Shown: positions 1 to 10,599 of the stretch, in pieces
How positions within the stretch are numbered: the stretch's first letter is position 1
Layout of the letters: each line of letters opens with the position of its first letter
Origin: Anaerolineae bacterium
GTDB taxonomy: Bacteria; Chloroflexota; Anaerolineae; S140-20
DNA length: 30,525 nucleotides
Direction of reading: 5' to 3'
NCBI GenBank assembly: GCA_027021705.1
Contig: JALUTT010000113.1
Span: forward strand, 1-30,525
Notes under the pieces: model-generated
Database searches by the model: none
What the model saw: the letters and a program-made list of their open reading frames with translations, nothing else
Told to the model about the DNA's origin: nothing
Program-made: the position numbers and the translations under genes

Positions 1-18
1 AGCCGTCACCCCACGCCT

Positions 19-1083
19 TCACCCCCGCGCCAACTCCGCCTTCAGGTGGACGATGGGCTCCACCGGCGTCGGGTCCACGCCGGAGGCCAGCGCCAAGTAG
101 AGGCTGACGAAGTCGCCAAAATGGATGATGGAAAGCATCTGCGCCAGCCGGCTCTCCCCCCGCGCCCACACCACGTCGTGGTTGACGCCGTAGCGCAGCA
201 GAAGCTCCCGGGTCACCTCCCAGCGCCGCTGCACCCGAGGCGAGTCGTAGGCAGAGCGCAAGAGCAGCACCACCACCCACGGCTGCACCACCTCCGAGCG
301 TTCGTATCCCACCACGGCGTTGTGGTTCAGCTCCGGCAGCTCCTCGTAGAAGGCCCACCCCTTGGCGTTCTCGTTGAACTGCCCCTTCCAGCGGCGGGCG
401 ACCGGGGCCAGGAGCTCCGCCCCGTAGACCACAGGCACCCGCTCCATCAGCTGCCCGGCCAGCCGCTTGGCCGGGTTGCGGGCCAGCGGCACCTCCGGCC
501 CGATCTCCTCCTGCCAGGCCCGCATCACCCCGACGGCCTCCGCCACCGCCTCCCCCGGGTCCTCGATGAACCCCAGCTGGCTCAGCACCGCCACCAGCGG
601 GATGAAGGAGTAGCCCAGGGCGGCGCGGGGTTGGGCGGCGTAGTCGAAGGTGAAGAGGGGCACCCCCTCCTGCCGGCACCGCTCGCGCAGCCGGCCCCCC
701 GTCGTCAGCGCAACCAGCCGGGTGCCCCGGCTCAAGGCCGCCTCGAAAGCGCTCAGCGTCTCCTCCGTGTTGCCGGAGTAGCTGGAGACGATGACCAGTG
801 TCTCCTCGCCCTGGGCGAAGGCGGGCAGCCCGTACCCCCGATGGACGTGGATGGGCAACGGGCACGCATCGGCCACCAGCGCCCGCAACAGGTCCCCGCC
901 GATGGCCGACCCGCCCATCCCGGCGATGACGATCTGACGGACCTGGCGGTAAGCAGCGGGCAGGTCCAGCCCCTGGGCCAGCGCCCAGGCATCCTCGACC
1001 TGTTGGGGGAAGTTCACCACATGCTGGGTCATCCCTTGGGGGTCTATCTCGGCGAACTTCTGGGTATCATCCAGGTTGATCAT
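19..1083 (-). CDS. Bifunctional phosphoglucose/phosphomannose isomerase (SIS-domain PGI/PMI)
   Basis: GMGGSAIGGD, SSYSGNTEET, QPRAA, RWKGQFNENAK, PELNHN and C-terminal VDPTPV..I..LK motifs; AGGAG SD upstream of ATG. Confidence 0.93.
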   Translation of the reverse strand: MINLDDTQKFAEIDPQGMTQHVVNFPQQVEDAWALAQGLDLPAAYRQVRQIVIAGMGGSAIGGDLLRALVADACPLPIHVHRGYGLPAFAQGEETLVIVSSYSGNTEETLSAFEAALSRGTRLVALTTGGRLRERCRQEGVPLFTFDYAAQPRAALGYSFIPLVAVLSQLGFIEDPGEAVAEAVGVMRAWQEEIGPEVPLARNPAKRLAGQLMERVPVVYGAELLAPVARRWKGQFNENAKGWAFYEELPELNHNAVVGYERSEVVQPWVVVLLLRSAYDSPRVQRRWEVTRELLLRYGVNHDVVWARGESRLAQMLSIIHFGDFVSLYLALASGVDPTPVEPIVHLKAELARG

Positions 1084-1135
1084 CTCCTTCTCCTTGTGAT
1101 CGGGGTTTGGCGTTGGTCACGCTCAATCTCTGTCC

Positions 1136-1999
1136 CTAGCCAGCATTCGTTGATTCGTTCCCCCCATTCGTTGTCCCATCCCCCCGCTCCAGGGCCATCC
1201 GGTAGATGCGTCGGCGGGGCCAGCCGGAGAGGGCGGCGATCTGGCGGGCAGCCTGGCTGGGCGAGAGCCCTGCGGTCAGCAGTTCGGCCAGCGCCTCTCG
1301 GACCGTCTCCTCTTCCCAGACGGTCTCTTCGGGGGAAGCGCCGGCGATGACCAGAGTGATCTCACCGCGCGGAGGGTGGGCCTCGAAGTGGGCACGGGCC
1401 TGACGGACGGTGCCGCGCCACACCTCTTCGTGGAGCTTGGTCAGTTCTCGGGCCACGGCGATGGGCCGATCGCCCAACACCGTCTCGATGTCGGCCAGGC
1501 TCTCCAGGAGCCGGTGGGGGGCCTCAAAGGCGACGAGGGTGCGCTGCTGGTCGGCCACCTCGGCCAGCAACCGCCGACGCTCTCCCGACCGCCGGGGGAG
1601 GAATCCGAGGAAGACGAAGGCATCGGTGGGCAGGCCGGAGACGACGAGGGCCGCGACGAGGGCCGACGGCCCGGGTACCGGAACGACGGGGAACCCCCGG
1701 GCCAACGCCTCCCGCACCAGCCGGTAGCCGGGGTCCGAGAGGCCGGGCGTGCCCGCGTCGCAGACCAGGGCCACGTCCCCTTGGGTCAGCGCCTCCAGGA
1801 TTGGCTCCAGCTTCAGCCGCTTGTTGTGGTCGTGGTAGCTGGTTTGAGGGGTCGAGATCCCGTAGTGGGCCAACAGCCGGCCCGTGTGGCGCGTGTCCTC
1901 GGCGGCGATCAGGTCCACCTCTCGCAGGACGCGCAGCGCCCGCAGGGTGATGTCCTCCAGATTGCCGATGGGGGTGGCCACCACGTAGAGGGTGCCCAT
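1136..1999 (-). CDS. rsmI: 16S rRNA (cytidine1402-2'-O)-methyltransferase
   Basis: LYVVATPIGNLEDIT.RA, AAEDTR, DAGTPGLSDPG, RELTKLHEE, RGEITLVI. Confidence 0.96.
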   Translation of the reverse strand: MGTLYVVATPIGNLEDITLRALRVLREVDLIAAEDTRHTGRLLAHYGISTPQTSYHDHNKRLKLEPILEALTQGDVALVCDAGTPGLSDPGYRLVREALARGFPVVPVPGPSALVAALVVSGLPTDAFVFLGFLPRRSGERRRLLAEVADQQRTLVAFEAPHRLLESLADIETVLGDRPIAVARELTKLHEEVWRGTVRQARAHFEAHPPRGEITLVIAGASPEETVWEEETVREALAELLTAGLSPSQAARQIAALSGWPRRRIYRMALERGDGTTNGGNESTNAG

Positions 2000-2003
2000 A
2001 GGT

Positions 2004-2759
2004 TCAGCGCCTGGCAGGTGCGGCGATCCTGTGGGGGATGCCGGTCAGCAGCCCTTCCTGCTCCTTGAAGGGTTCCAACACCACCAGACCACCCTGCCGG
2101 ATCTCGTACCGCCGGATCTCCTTGTCGTGGTCGCTGCCGCGCATCTTGAGGACGACCATCGCCCGCTGGATGGCGCTCTCGATCTCGACGTAGCGGAGCA
2201 GGATGATGGCATCCACGATGAAAGAAAGGCGGCCCCGATCAGCCCTTAGGTGGGTGGTGCGCTTCTCCTCACCCAGCAGAAGGGACGTTACTCCCTCGCG
2301 CCGTAGGGCATTCACCAGGCTGTTGTAGATGCGGCGCAGATCGTGAGGGTCCCGGGTGATCCGCTGAAAGTGGGTCACACTGTCCACCACGACCCGCTGA
2401 ATCTGACCGGTCATCAGCAACTCGTTAAGCGGACTGGAAGGGATCTCCAGGTTGGAGAGGAGCACTTGAGGAGAAGTGAAGAGCAAGTGGAGCTTGCCAG
2501 ACTTCTCCAGAGCGGTCAGGTCCCAGCCCAGAGAGGCCGCATCCCGGTGGATGGATTGGGGGAACTCCTCGAAAGAGATGAGCAACCCGCCTTCGCCCCA
2601 CTGTTGGGCACCGTGGACCAAGTACTGGAGCCCCATCGCCGTCTTGCCGGTCCCCGGCGCTCCGCGCACCAGCACGGTAGAGCCCTGGATGAATCCTCCC
2701 CGCAGCATTTCGTCTAGTCCAACGATACCGGTCGGTACACGCTTCTCTGTTTCACCCAT
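2004..2759 (-). CDS. Single-domain KaiC-like RecA-superfamily ATPase
   Basis: RVPTGI.GLD.ML.GG, Walker A GAPGTGKT, ISFEE, VVVDS, VLKMRGS. ATG at 2759 preferred over GTG at 2774 because of the GGAGAG SD. Confidence 0.88.
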   Translation of the reverse strand: MGETEKRVPTGIVGLDEMLRGGFIQGSTVLVRGAPGTGKTAMGLQYLVHGAQQWGEGGLLISFEEFPQSIHRDAASLGWDLTALEKSGKLHLLFTSPQVLLSNLEIPSSPLNELLMTGQIQRVVVDSVTHFQRITRDPHDLRRIYNSLVNALRREGVTSLLLGEEKRTTHLRADRGRLSFIVDAIILLRYVEIESAIQRAMVVLKMRGSDHDKEIRRYEIRQGGLVVLEPFKEQEGLLTGIPHRIAAPARR

Positions 2760-2818
2760 CGCTCTCTCTCCCACCTAAGGTGTCGGTTGCCTCTCAAGGG
2801 GACCGACATCCGCGATCA

Positions 2819-3550
2819 TCAGTGGTTACGCACGAAGTAGACGAGGGCCAGGTTCCGCCGGCAGTCCTTGACCGTGGTTACCTTCACCGGATCGGAGACG
2901 GGCTGCCCCTGGTCCCAGAGCTGGATCGTCCACTCCCCCTCCTTGGGCTTGCTGTCCAGGAAGAACTCCCAGCCGCTCTCTCCATAGGCCGGCGCCGACC
3001 CCGAGTAGGTAACCAGAGGGTTGCTGTCCCCGTAAGGACCGCCTTTGAGCACCACAGCGATCCCTGTGACATCCTCGCCCTCCAGGCCGAAGACGCGCCC
3101 GGCGATGCCCAACCAGGCACAGCCAGCGGTGTTGGCGAAGTTGGCCGTGTAGATCACCTCTCCTTGGAGGGTGTAGGGATAGAGAGAGCGGGTCGGGGGA
3201 GGGGACCCCGGCGTGGGCGTTGGGGTGAAGGTGGGCGCAAAGGTCGGTGTCTGACTGGGCGTCAGCGTGGGCGGTGGCGTCCTGGTCGGCGTCGGCGTCG
3301 GCGTTATCGTGGGCGTGTTAGTCGGCGTGAAGGTGGGAGGCGGCCCGGGAGGCCGGGTGGGCGTCGGCGTGAAGGTGGGCGGGACCTGGAGGGCCACCAT
3401 CGTAGGAGGGGCCTGCAGGCCGATCAACCCCAACGGACCGGGCGGGCTGACGAAGGCCGTCAGGTAGCAGAGGGACACCACGACCGTCATTCCCAGCGTC
3501 AACACCGTCAACAGGTTCCAAAGGCGAGGACCTCGCACTTCTTCATCCAT
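2819..3550 (-). CDS. Membrane-anchored protein with Pro/Thr-rich linker and small C-terminal domain, function unknown
   Basis: N-terminal hydrophobic helix, PTxT repeats (~3190-3390), C-terminal domain with two Cys; AAGGAG SD; operon-like spacing. Confidence 0.8.
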   Translation of the reverse strand: MDEEVRGPRLWNLLTVLTLGMTVVVSLCYLTAFVSPPGPLGLIGLQAPPTMVALQVPPTFTPTPTRPPGPPPTFTPTNTPTITPTPTPTRTPPPTLTPSQTPTFAPTFTPTPTPGSPPPTRSLYPYTLQGEVIYTANFANTAGCAWLGIAGRVFGLEGEDVTGIAVVLKGGPYGDSNPLVTYSGSAPAYGESGWEFFLDSKPKEGEWTIQLWDQGQPVSDPVKVTTVKDCRRNLALVYFVRNH

Positions 3551-3580
3551 CGCTCTCTCCTTCTCAACACCTGGATCTCC

Positions 3581-4855
3581 TCATTCTCCCCCGTCTCCCC
3601 TGTACCCCAGACGCGGAGGATCCCCTTCCTGGAGCACAACCAGGTCCAATGGATCGTGAGGTTGATGGGGAAGAGCCTGAGCTAGGGTCCCCTGGGGACA
3701 ATCGGGATAGAGCCCCCAGTAGCACCAGGTCAGGGCCTGACGAGCCCCTTCGCCGGCCGATCGCTCCTGCTGCCAACGGGCGACGAGCCGACCATATGCG
3801 GCGGAGAGCTCGGCCCGCAGTCCCGGCAATGTCTCCCGCCATTCAGGCACCAACTCCAGGCCGAATCCCCCCCGGGCGACCTGCCGTTTCAGGGCCAGCC
3901 AGTAGATCTCGGTGGCAGCGGCCTCTGTCGTCCCTCCGATCACAGCCAAGTAGGCGCGGACGGCTTTGTCCTCAGTCCGCAGGGCCTCTGCCAACCGGGC
4001 CTGGGCCGCAGCTCGACACGAAGGGGCTTCTGTCCGACCGGCTTCAGTGCACCTCCACACCGCCAGCAACTCTCGGGCGGCCTGCTGCCGGGCCGCCGCG
4101 GCGGCCAGCAGTCGGGTGTCGCGGGCCGGCTGCAGGAGCACGACTGCGCTCCTGACAGCAGGACGGGGAGCATAGGTCCTCCTCACCACCTCCGGCCTGA
4201 GTTGTTGGGCCAGCGATCGCCATGCCTTCCAGTGCAACCCCAGTTCCTGGTAAGTCGCCGTCACCGTCGGGAAGAGCCGCTGCCGCTCGGCCACCGTCAG
4301 GGTCGGAGCCTTGGCGAGCACCCAGACGGCCTGATCCAGGTAGAAGCGGGCATCCTCCCGCACTCCCATCTGAGCTAGGCGGCGGGCAGCCGTGATCAAT
4401 CCAACGGCGCGAACACGGTCGCCGATGGACGGGCTGCGCAATGCCCCACCGGCGGCCATCTGGTAGCTGAGGAGCGCCCGGGCCCGCCACCCGGCTTCCC
4501 GGTAGAGGTCTCCGAGCAAAAGCCAGCCGCTCACCCGCTCGGCATCACCCAGCCTGGGGCTTAGGCTCAGCAGAGCATAAGCCGTCTCCAATTCCCGGCT
4601 CTCCAGAGCCAGCTCCAGCACCACCCGGTCCGGCAGCCCCGCCAGCGAGAGAAGGGCCAGGTCCGGGGCGACGGCGTTGGGGTTCAGATCGGCACCGGGA
4701 TCGGACCAAGTGGCCGCCGATGCCGAGTTCCCCTCCCACCAGGTGAGGCCGGCCAGGAGCAGCATCAGACCGGCCAGCAGGGTGAGCAACCTAGTGCAGC
4801 TCGACGGAGACCGGAGGAAGGGTTTGCCAGGGTTCACCGTGCCGATCAACCTCAT
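3581..4855 (-). CDS. Hypothetical exported or membrane-anchored helical protein
   Basis: 424-aa ORF starting 2 nt after the PPIase stop; N-terminal hydrophobic segment; Ala/Leu/Arg-rich helical character. Confidence 0.72.
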   Translation of the reverse strand: MRLIGTVNPGKPFLRSPSSCTRLLTLLAGLMLLLAGLTWWEGNSASAATWSDPGADLNPNAVAPDLALLSLAGLPDRVVLELALESRELETAYALLSLSPRLGDAERVSGWLLLGDLYREAGWRARALLSYQMAAGGALRSPSIGDRVRAVGLITAARRLAQMGVREDARFYLDQAVWVLAKAPTLTVAERQRLFPTVTATYQELGLHWKAWRSLAQQLRPEVVRRTYAPRPAVRSAVVLLQPARDTRLLAAAAARQQAARELLAVWRCTEAGRTEAPSCRAAAQARLAEALRTEDKAVRAYLAVIGGTTEAAATEIYWLALKRQVARGGFGLELVPEWRETLPGLRAELSAAYGRLVARWQQERSAGEGARQALTWCYWGLYPDCPQGTLAQALPHQPHDPLDLVVLQEGDPPRLGYRGDGGE

Positions 4856-4857
4856 TC

Positions 4858-5832
4858 TTACGGTTCGACGAAGCGCTCAATGGTCGCCTGCTGCCACAGT
4901 TCTTCTTGCCAGCGTCGGACCGCTTGCTGGCGCAGCATCTCCCTCATCTCGGACGATACATCCCGCTCCTCCCGCTCCAGCGTCTGAACGATGTGGAATC
5001 CCCAGGCACTCTCCACGACCGAACTAATCTGGCCGGGGGCCAGGGAGAAGGCGGCCTCTTCTACCTCAGGAACCATCAGCAGCCCCCGAGGGAACCAGCC
5101 CAGGTCGCCGCCGTTGATGGCGTCGGCGGCCAAGGAGTGGGTACGGGCCAGGGTGGCGAAGTCGGCCCCGGCCTGGAGCTGAGCCAGCAAGGCTTCCGCC
5201 TCCTCTCGCGTGGCGACCTGGATGTGCCGGGCGTGAACTTGCTCCGTCCGAGTTGGGACCTGGGCGGCGATCTGTTCGGCCATTCGGTTGGCCAGCATCT
5301 GCCGCCGCAACTCCTCTCGATACTCCTCCCGCGTCATCTGGTTGGCCGCCAGCCACTGCTCAAAGGCCTCTTCGCCGCCGGCCGCCTTGATGTCGGCCTG
5401 GAGGGCGGCCTCAACCTCTTCATCGGAGATGGTCAGGCCGGCCTGGCGGGCTGCCTGCTGGATCAGAAGCTGCCGGATCAACTCGTCGAGCACCTGTTGG
5501 CGCCCCTGCCGGAGGTAGGCCTCCCCCTCAGGCGTCGCCGGATCGTACCCTTGGCTCAGGGCTGCAGCCTCGAACTGGGCGACCTGCTTCTCGTAGATGG
5601 TCATCGGGATACCCTCCCCGTTGACCCGGGCGGCCAAGGGGATCTCGGTGGGAGGAACGGGGGTGGACGTGGGTTCAGCTTGGGTGGTCTCCGGCAACGC
5701 CGGAGCGGTCATCACGATGGGACCGGGAGGTGGTGGAGCCGCTGTTGGTGTGGAAGCCTTGCACCCCACCACCAGCCCTCCAAGGCCGACAAAGAGCAGA
5801 AACAGGATCGCTTGGGCGAATGGCTTGCGCAA
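4858..5832 (-). CDS. SurA/PrsA-like parvulin peptidyl-prolyl isomerase, lipoprotein
   Basis: Lipobox LVVGC; AARVNGEGI SurA N-domain start; VHARHI, GADFATLA, NGGDLGWF, ESAWGFHIV rotamase motifs. Confidence 0.92.
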   Translation of the reverse strand: MRKPFAQAILFLLFVGLGGLVVGCKASTPTAAPPPPGPIVMTAPALPETTQAEPTSTPVPPTEIPLAARVNGEGIPMTIYEKQVAQFEAAALSQGYDPATPEGEAYLRQGRQQVLDELIRQLLIQQAARQAGLTISDEEVEAALQADIKAAGGEEAFEQWLAANQMTREEYREELRRQMLANRMAEQIAAQVPTRTEQVHARHIQVATREEAEALLAQLQAGADFATLARTHSLAADAINGGDLGWFPRGLLMVPEVEEAAFSLAPGQISSVVESAWGFHIVQTLEREERDVSSEMREMLRQQAVRRWQEELWQQATIERFVEP

Positions 5833-5897
5833 TCTTCTCTCCTTGCTACGGTGGCATCGGTTGAGGTTCAGGCGCCTGATGCTCCGGCACCCGTATC

Positions 5898-5926
5898 ATT
5901 CTACCGCAGACGGCCCAGATGAGCAA
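5898..5926 (-). promoter_or_regulatory. Predicted sigma70 promoter of the PPIase operon
   Basis: TTGCTC-17 nt-TAGAAT on the minus strand, ~65 nt upstream of the start; the same hexamers occur in the permease promoter at 12490-12518. Confidence 0.65.
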
Positions 5927-5937
5927 GGGGGGTCAAC

Positions 5938-6095
5938 GCGGTGATTACCCACAGGTGAGCGAGAGCGTGGTCCGTAGCAGGCCGTCCACGAATTTCTCAC
6001 AAATGCACGAAGGAGGCGGTCCTTAATTCGTGTATTCATGCCCCATTCGTGGACGGCTCGTCTCCCTAATCTCCAAAGATATGGGTAATCACCGG
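5938..6095. mobile_element. MITE-like element, copy 1
   Basis: Terminal IR CGGTGATTACCCA/TGGGTAATCACCG, internal IR GCCGTCCACGAAT (5981-5993)/ATTCGTGGACGGC (6045-6057), flanking GGGGTCAAC/GGGATCAAC; differs from copy 2 by 7 substitutions and 1 indel. Confidence 0.88.
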
Positions 6096-6173
6096 GGGAT
6101 CAACCGCGCTCCGGCGTGGAAATGGGGGAGGGGAAGAACTCCGTCATACCGCGAGGGTCAGGCCTCAGCACCA

Positions 6174-9100
6174 TCAGGGAGCCCGACTCCCCAACCAGCC
6201 CTGGAGGTTGTGCAACAAGCGTAGAAGTCGGCCCGGAAGAGGTCGCCAACCGCCGGGAGGGTCCATCCTGATGGCGGCCTGTCGCGCCACGAGGGGGAAG
6301 TAGAACACGTAAGAGGCTCCCGTAGAAGCCGGCGTGGCAGTGAGCGTGGGCGACGGCGTGGGAGTTGGGGTAGTGATTGGCGTCAGAGTCGGCACCGGCG
6401 TTGCAGTAGAGGTAGCCGTTGGAGTGGTCGCTGGAGTCTTCGTCGCTGTCGGCGTGTTCGTGGGCGTCGGCGTATTGGTAGGTGTGGGCGTATCCGTCGG
6501 TGTCGCCGTCGGCGTGCTCGTCGGCGTGGGAGTGTTGGTGGGCGTGGGCGTATCCGTCGGTGTCGGCGTCGCCGTCGGTGTGTTCGTGGGCGTATCCGTC
6601 GGTGTCGGCGTCGCCGTCGGTGTGTTCGTGGGCGTCGGCGTATTGGTCGGGGGTGGTGTGTTCGTCGGCGTGGGAGTGTTGGTGGGCGTGGGCGTATCCG
6701 TCGGTGTCGGCGTCGCCGTCGGTGTGTTCGTGGGCGTCGGCGTATTGGTCGGGGTCGGTGTGTTCGTCGGCGTGGGAGTGTTGGTGGGCGTGGGTGTATC
6801 CGTCGGCGTCGGTGTCGCCGTCGGCGTATCGGTCGGGGTCGGTGTATTGGTGGGTGTAGGAGTCGGGTCGCAGGCCCCCACCTGGGGAGCCACGATGGTC
6901 AGCCCCTCGTTCGCCACCTCCCGCAGGTACTCGCAGCCGTACTCATCCCGCGCGTAGTCGAAGGTCGCCGACAGCCCCTGGCTGGTGACCCGCAGCCCCC
7001 GGACGACGAAGGATCCACCCATCCGAGGCGCGACGGTCACCGTCAGCCCATCCACCTGTAACCCCAGGGCCTCCCACAGCACCCACAGGGGAGCGCTGGT
7101 GGGCTCAATGTAGATGGTCGTCTCCTGGAAGCGGCCCGGCACCTGGTAGTCGTATTCCATCATCGTCTCATACGGCCCCAGGTTGACCCAACGGTTCAGG
7201 AAGATGTTGGCGTATTGGTCGGCCAGCGCGTTCTGGCCGATCTGGTAGTAGCCGATGGACGGCAGGGCCGGGGGAACGCCGTCGAAGAATCCCCCTTCCA
7301 TCACAAAGCCGTTGGTCCAGGGATAAGCTTGGTAAAAGTTCTCCGAGTCCGTGGAGAGCCAGTGGACGTCGTTGGTCGGTTCGTAGAAGCCGGAGGCGGT
7401 GTAAGTCGTCAGCATCGCCTCCAGCCTCTGGTCGCCCACATCGCTTCGCAGGGGAGGCAACAGCGTGCTGCACCACTTGTCCTGGTAAAAGGTGCCCGCA
7501 GCGTGGGAGTCAGAGCGGGCGTCGGCGACAGGGGCGTAGAAACCCAACCCGGCATCCCAGAAGGTCGCGTCGAAAGCGGCCTCCATCGGGGCGATCCAGT
7601 CCTGACGCAGGGCCTGGGCGTCGGCCGGCCGGCCCAGCGCCTCCAGCAATTCGGCCCCGTCCCGGAAGGCCTCGATCACCTGGCCTGACTCCGCCGGGTA
7701 CTCGCCCTGAATGGTCCCCAGGTCGGACATCGGGTAGAGGAGGTTGGGAAAGCGGTTGCCATCCTCGCCGAACTCGGCGTCGTAGGCGCTGTCGAAGGTC
7801 TGAAGGGCGCTCAGGGCCGCGTCCAGGGACCTCTCCAGAGACTGGACGAAGGAGAGGTCGCCGGTCACCCGATAGAGGTCGGCGATGGCGTTGACAAACT
7901 CGGCTGTCGAGTAGGCGTCGGAATACTGCCACCGGGTCAGTATCTGCCCGTCGGGGGCGAAGTAGTAGACGTCGGGGATGTTGCCGGCGTACCAGTCGGG
8001 AGTGGGGCCGTAACCGGTTCCGTCGAGCTTCCACCAATACTCGCCCTGGCCTCCTGCCGTGTACTGGTAGCTGGCAAAGGCGTTCAGCATATCCCGGTAG
8101 GCGGCCACCCAGGCATCGGGCAACAGTTCCGGGAAGGTGATGAGGGGGATCAGGTCATCCGGCGCGTAGATGAGGGCCTTGTCCACGGCGTAGATCCGGC
8201 CACCGGGGTTGATGAGATAGCTGTTCAGCAGGTTGGCCATCAGGCTGACGAACTTGAAGGCGGGGAGATCGGGCGCATCCACGATGGGCAACTGGTGCAG
8301 GGCTGCCAGCCGGGCATCGTTTAAGGTCTGCATCGGCCCGCTGGGATCGCTGCGGGTGGCGTCGTCGAGCACCACGCTCCCGATGTAGAAGTGCTGGACC
8401 GGCTGGGCGAGGATGGAGAGGGCTGACCGGCCATCGGTGGTCCCCGAGGCGACTTGACCGTCCAGTACGTCGGCGTTGAGGTACTGGTCGAAGGGGAGGT
8501 TGTTGGCACTCCAGGAATGGAGGGGTTGGTCCGTGTAGAGGTAGGTGGTGATGGGCTGGCCGTAAGTCCGCTCGTCGTCGGTGTCAATCTCCCCCTCGCC
8601 GACGATGGCCTGCTGGGCCGCGTCGAAATGGAGCAGCGTGTCGGGGGAACTGCGGAACTCGACGGCGTAAAGGTAGGACAGGGCCGGCTCCAGGTCGGAG
8701 GCGAAGACCAGCCGGGCGTCGGTCGGATCGTCCAACGTCACCTCGACGACGCCAACCGGTTGGAAGGCAGCGGGAGCGATGGTGTAGAGGCGAACGGTGA
8801 CCTGACGGCCCAGCACCGTCGCCTCGTAGCCCACGTAGCCCGGTGCCAGGAAGTAGGTGGTGATGGTCCCTTCGGAGAACCAGGCTCGTTGGGCCGTCTC
8901 CCCGCTGCCGATGACCAGGCCGATCTTGGTCAGGTGGGCCAGCAGGTGAACGTCCCGTCCCTTGACCCGCAGGATGTCTCCGGGTTGCGCGCCGGAGATG
9001 CTGTTGGGATCGGAGAAGGCGAAGGTCTGGCCGATCTCGCTCAGCCCCCCCAGCGAGATGACGCCGTCAGGGCTGACGAAGGAGATCCAGTCCCAGGGGA

Positions 9101-9341
9101 AGGTGCTGTCGGGAGTGCTGATGCGCACCTCGTAGGTGTCTGGGTCCCAGGTCGCCGTGTAGGTCGTGCCCCGCCGCCCCACGAAGGTGTACTCGTTGGG
9201 TGTCAGGTCGGCGAAGGGGTCGCCGGCCTGGGCAGGATGGGGCGTCGTCAAGGGGGCGAGGAAGAGGGCAAGGACGCCCCCAAACAGGGAAAGGAGCAGG
9301 ATCCACCGGGACCAGGGAAGGGGACGGGAGGGGTCGGTCAT
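6174..9341 (-). CDS. Large secreted putative six-hairpin glycosidase-like protein with long Pro/Thr linker
   Basis: ATG at 9341 overlaps the upstream stop (ATGA); signal peptide ending [14 protein letters not shown] and FDATFWD...GFY segments typical of (alpha/alpha)6 glycosidases; C-terminal YFPLVAR motif. Function is tentative. Confidence 0.7.
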   Translation of the reverse strand: MTDPSRPLPWSRWILLLSLFGGVLALFLAPLTTPHPAQAGDPFADLTPNEYTFVGRRGTTYTATWDPDTYEVRISTPDSTFPWDWISFVSPDGVISLGGLSEIGQTFAFSDPNSISGAQPGDILRVKGRDVHLLAHLTKIGLVIGSGETAQRAWFSEGTITTYFLAPGYVGYEATVLGRQVTVRLYTIAPAAFQPVGVVEVTLDDPTDARLVFASDLEPALSYLYAVEFRSSPDTLLHFDAAQQAIVGEGEIDTDDERTYGQPITTYLYTDQPLHSWSANNLPFDQYLNADVLDGQVASGTTDGRSALSILAQPVQHFYIGSVVLDDATRSDPSGPMQTLNDARLAALHQLPIVDAPDLPAFKFVSLMANLLNSYLINPGGRIYAVDKALIYAPDDLIPLITFPELLPDAWVAAYRDMLNAFASYQYTAGGQGEYWWKLDGTGYGPTPDWYAGNIPDVYYFAPDGQILTRWQYSDAYSTAEFVNAIADLYRVTGDLSFVQSLERSLDAALSALQTFDSAYDAEFGEDGNRFPNLLYPMSDLGTIQGEYPAESGQVIEAFRDGAELLEALGRPADAQALRQDWIAPMEAAFDATFWDAGLGFYAPVADARSDSHAAGTFYQDKWCSTLLPPLRSDVGDQRLEAMLTTYTASGFYEPTNDVHWLSTDSENFYQAYPWTNGFVMEGGFFDGVPPALPSIGYYQIGQNALADQYANIFLNRWVNLGPYETMMEYDYQVPGRFQETTIYIEPTSAPLWVLWEALGLQVDGLTVTVAPRMGGSFVVRGLRVTSQGLSATFDYARDEYGCEYLREVANEGLTIVAPQVGACDPTPTPTNTPTPTDTPTATPTPTDTPTPTNTPTPTNTPTPTNTPTPTNTPTATPTPTDTPTPTNTPTPTNTPPPTNTPTPTNTPTATPTPTDTPTNTPTATPTPTDTPTPTNTPTPTSTPTATPTDTPTPTNTPTPTNTPTATKTPATTPTATSTATPVPTLTPITTPTPTPSPTLTATPASTGASYVFYFPLVARQAAIRMDPPGGWRPLPGRLLRLLHNLQGWLGSRAP
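6334..6870 (-). repeat. Coding tandem repeat, PT(N/D/A)TPT linker
   Basis: About 170 codons of Pro-Thr repeats with duplicated DNA blocks (e.g. near 6523, 6667, 6769). Confidence 0.92.
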
Positions 9342-10468
9342 AGGATCATCACCTCGTAGAGCATCTCGCCATAGGCATGCACCTTCAGATCGGGAGAGAT
9401 GAGATGACCATCGGCCAGCCAGCGCAGGTAGGTGGCCCGGCCCAGCAGGCGGCCTATCCACGGACCGAGCCCGGGAAGGGGCTGGGCGAGGTAATAGGCC
9501 AGCTCCGTCAGGCCACGCCCTCGGGGGAGCCGGGTCAACCGAAGGCGGGGCGCGGCGAAGTGCAGGGCCTCCAACGCGCGCCGGGCGGTCAGGGTCAGGG
9601 TGACCGTCGGCCCTTCCAGCGTCTGCACCGTCAGGACGCGAGGGTAGCGGGCGCCGGTGCGGGGCTCACGGAGCCACGTCTCCGCTTGCACCTGGATGCG
9701 GTCGGTGGAAAGCAGGACTGCGTCGTCGCGGGCTAGGTAGAAAGGGGTCACGTGAGGCGCGGGCTCGCCATGGCCCACGACGTCGCCGAAGATGACGGTC
9801 CACGCTCCCAGTTGGGCACGGCCCCAGGTCCAGCCCCGGAAGGCGGCCGGCAGGTAGAGGTTCCCCCAGTTGTGATCGTGGTAGCCCTGCCCCACCACCG
9901 GACGGGATTCACCGCGCACCGAGAGGACGCCTTCGACGTGGGCTCGGGGCAGCGGCACAATCCAGTCAAAGTAACGACCGGTATCCGGGTCGAAGAAGAG
10001 ATGTCCCGTGCCGGCCCGCCAGCCGGAGAGTCGGGGCCAGAAGGTCAGCTCAGCAGCCAGCGGCCCCTCCAGAAGGGAGAGCCGGTAGCGGTCGCCCAGG
10101 TCCTCAACCTGGCAGGCCGCGATCTGCACCTGACAGCGGTCGGAAGCAGCGCGGTAATCGGACCGGCGGTAGCGACCGATGGCGACGACGGGCTGCCCCT
10201 GCCGGGGGTAGTAGCGCAGGTCTACCGTGGGCTTGTGGTCGGCGACGTTGTAGAGGGAGGAGTGGAGCACGGCGACCAGGTGGCTGCCATCGTCCAGGGC
10301 CACATCGAAGTACCACCACTCGAAGAAGTCAGGGACAGCCGTGTAGTGGTCCCCGTCCTCGGCCGGCTGATAGGGTTCTGACGATTCACCCTTGGGGAAA
10401 AGCTGACGATAAGCATCGGATACAGCCATATCCACGTCTTCAATCCTCCCCGGCAAGCTGGTCCTCAT
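9338..10468 (-). CDS. AttH/CrtC-like (lipocalin-like, tocopherol-cyclase-like) protein; start may be 10435 or 10429
   Basis: [26 protein letters not shown] and GWTWG motifs. Confidence 0.78.
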   Translation of the reverse strand: MRTSLPGRIEDVDMAVSDAYRQLFPKGESSEPYQPAEDGDHYTAVPDFFEWWYFDVALDDGSHLVAVLHSSLYNVADHKPTVDLRYYPRQGQPVVAIGRYRRSDYRAASDRCQVQIAACQVEDLGDRYRLSLLEGPLAAELTFWPRLSGWRAGTGHLFFDPDTGRYFDWIVPLPRAHVEGVLSVRGESRPVVGQGYHDHNWGNLYLPAAFRGWTWGRAQLGAWTVIFGDVVGHGEPAPHVTPFYLARDDAVLLSTDRIQVQAETWLREPRTGARYPRVLTVQTLEGPTVTLTLTARRALEALHFAAPRLRLTRLPRGRGLTELAYYLAQPLPGLGPWIGRLLGRATYLRWLADGHLISPDLKVHAYGEMLYEVMIL

Positions 10469-10522
10469 ATGGATAGCACACTTTGGTTAGGGCGGTGCAA
10501 GAAAAGCGTTAGATTTTTGTTG

Positions 10523-10564
10523 GAAAGCGAGAGGAGCACGGGAACCGTGCTCCTCATCGCTTCC
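10523..10564 (-). terminator. Hairpin, probable terminator of the cysteine synthase-JAMM operon
   Basis: Perfect 11-bp stem GAGGAGCACGG/CCGTGCTCCTC (10531-10555), extendable, 45 nt after the stop; only a short U-run. Confidence 0.65.
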
Positions 10565-10599
10565 GCTTCGCTCGTTGAGAGAGTCCGCCCGCGAGGGGC

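Noticed and set aside
2004..2759. Circadian clock KaiC
   Set aside because: Single ATPase domain of 251 aa and no kaiA or kaiB in the window.
6334..6957. Val/Gly-repeat ORF on the plus strand
   Set aside because: It is the reverse complement of the Pro/Thr linker.
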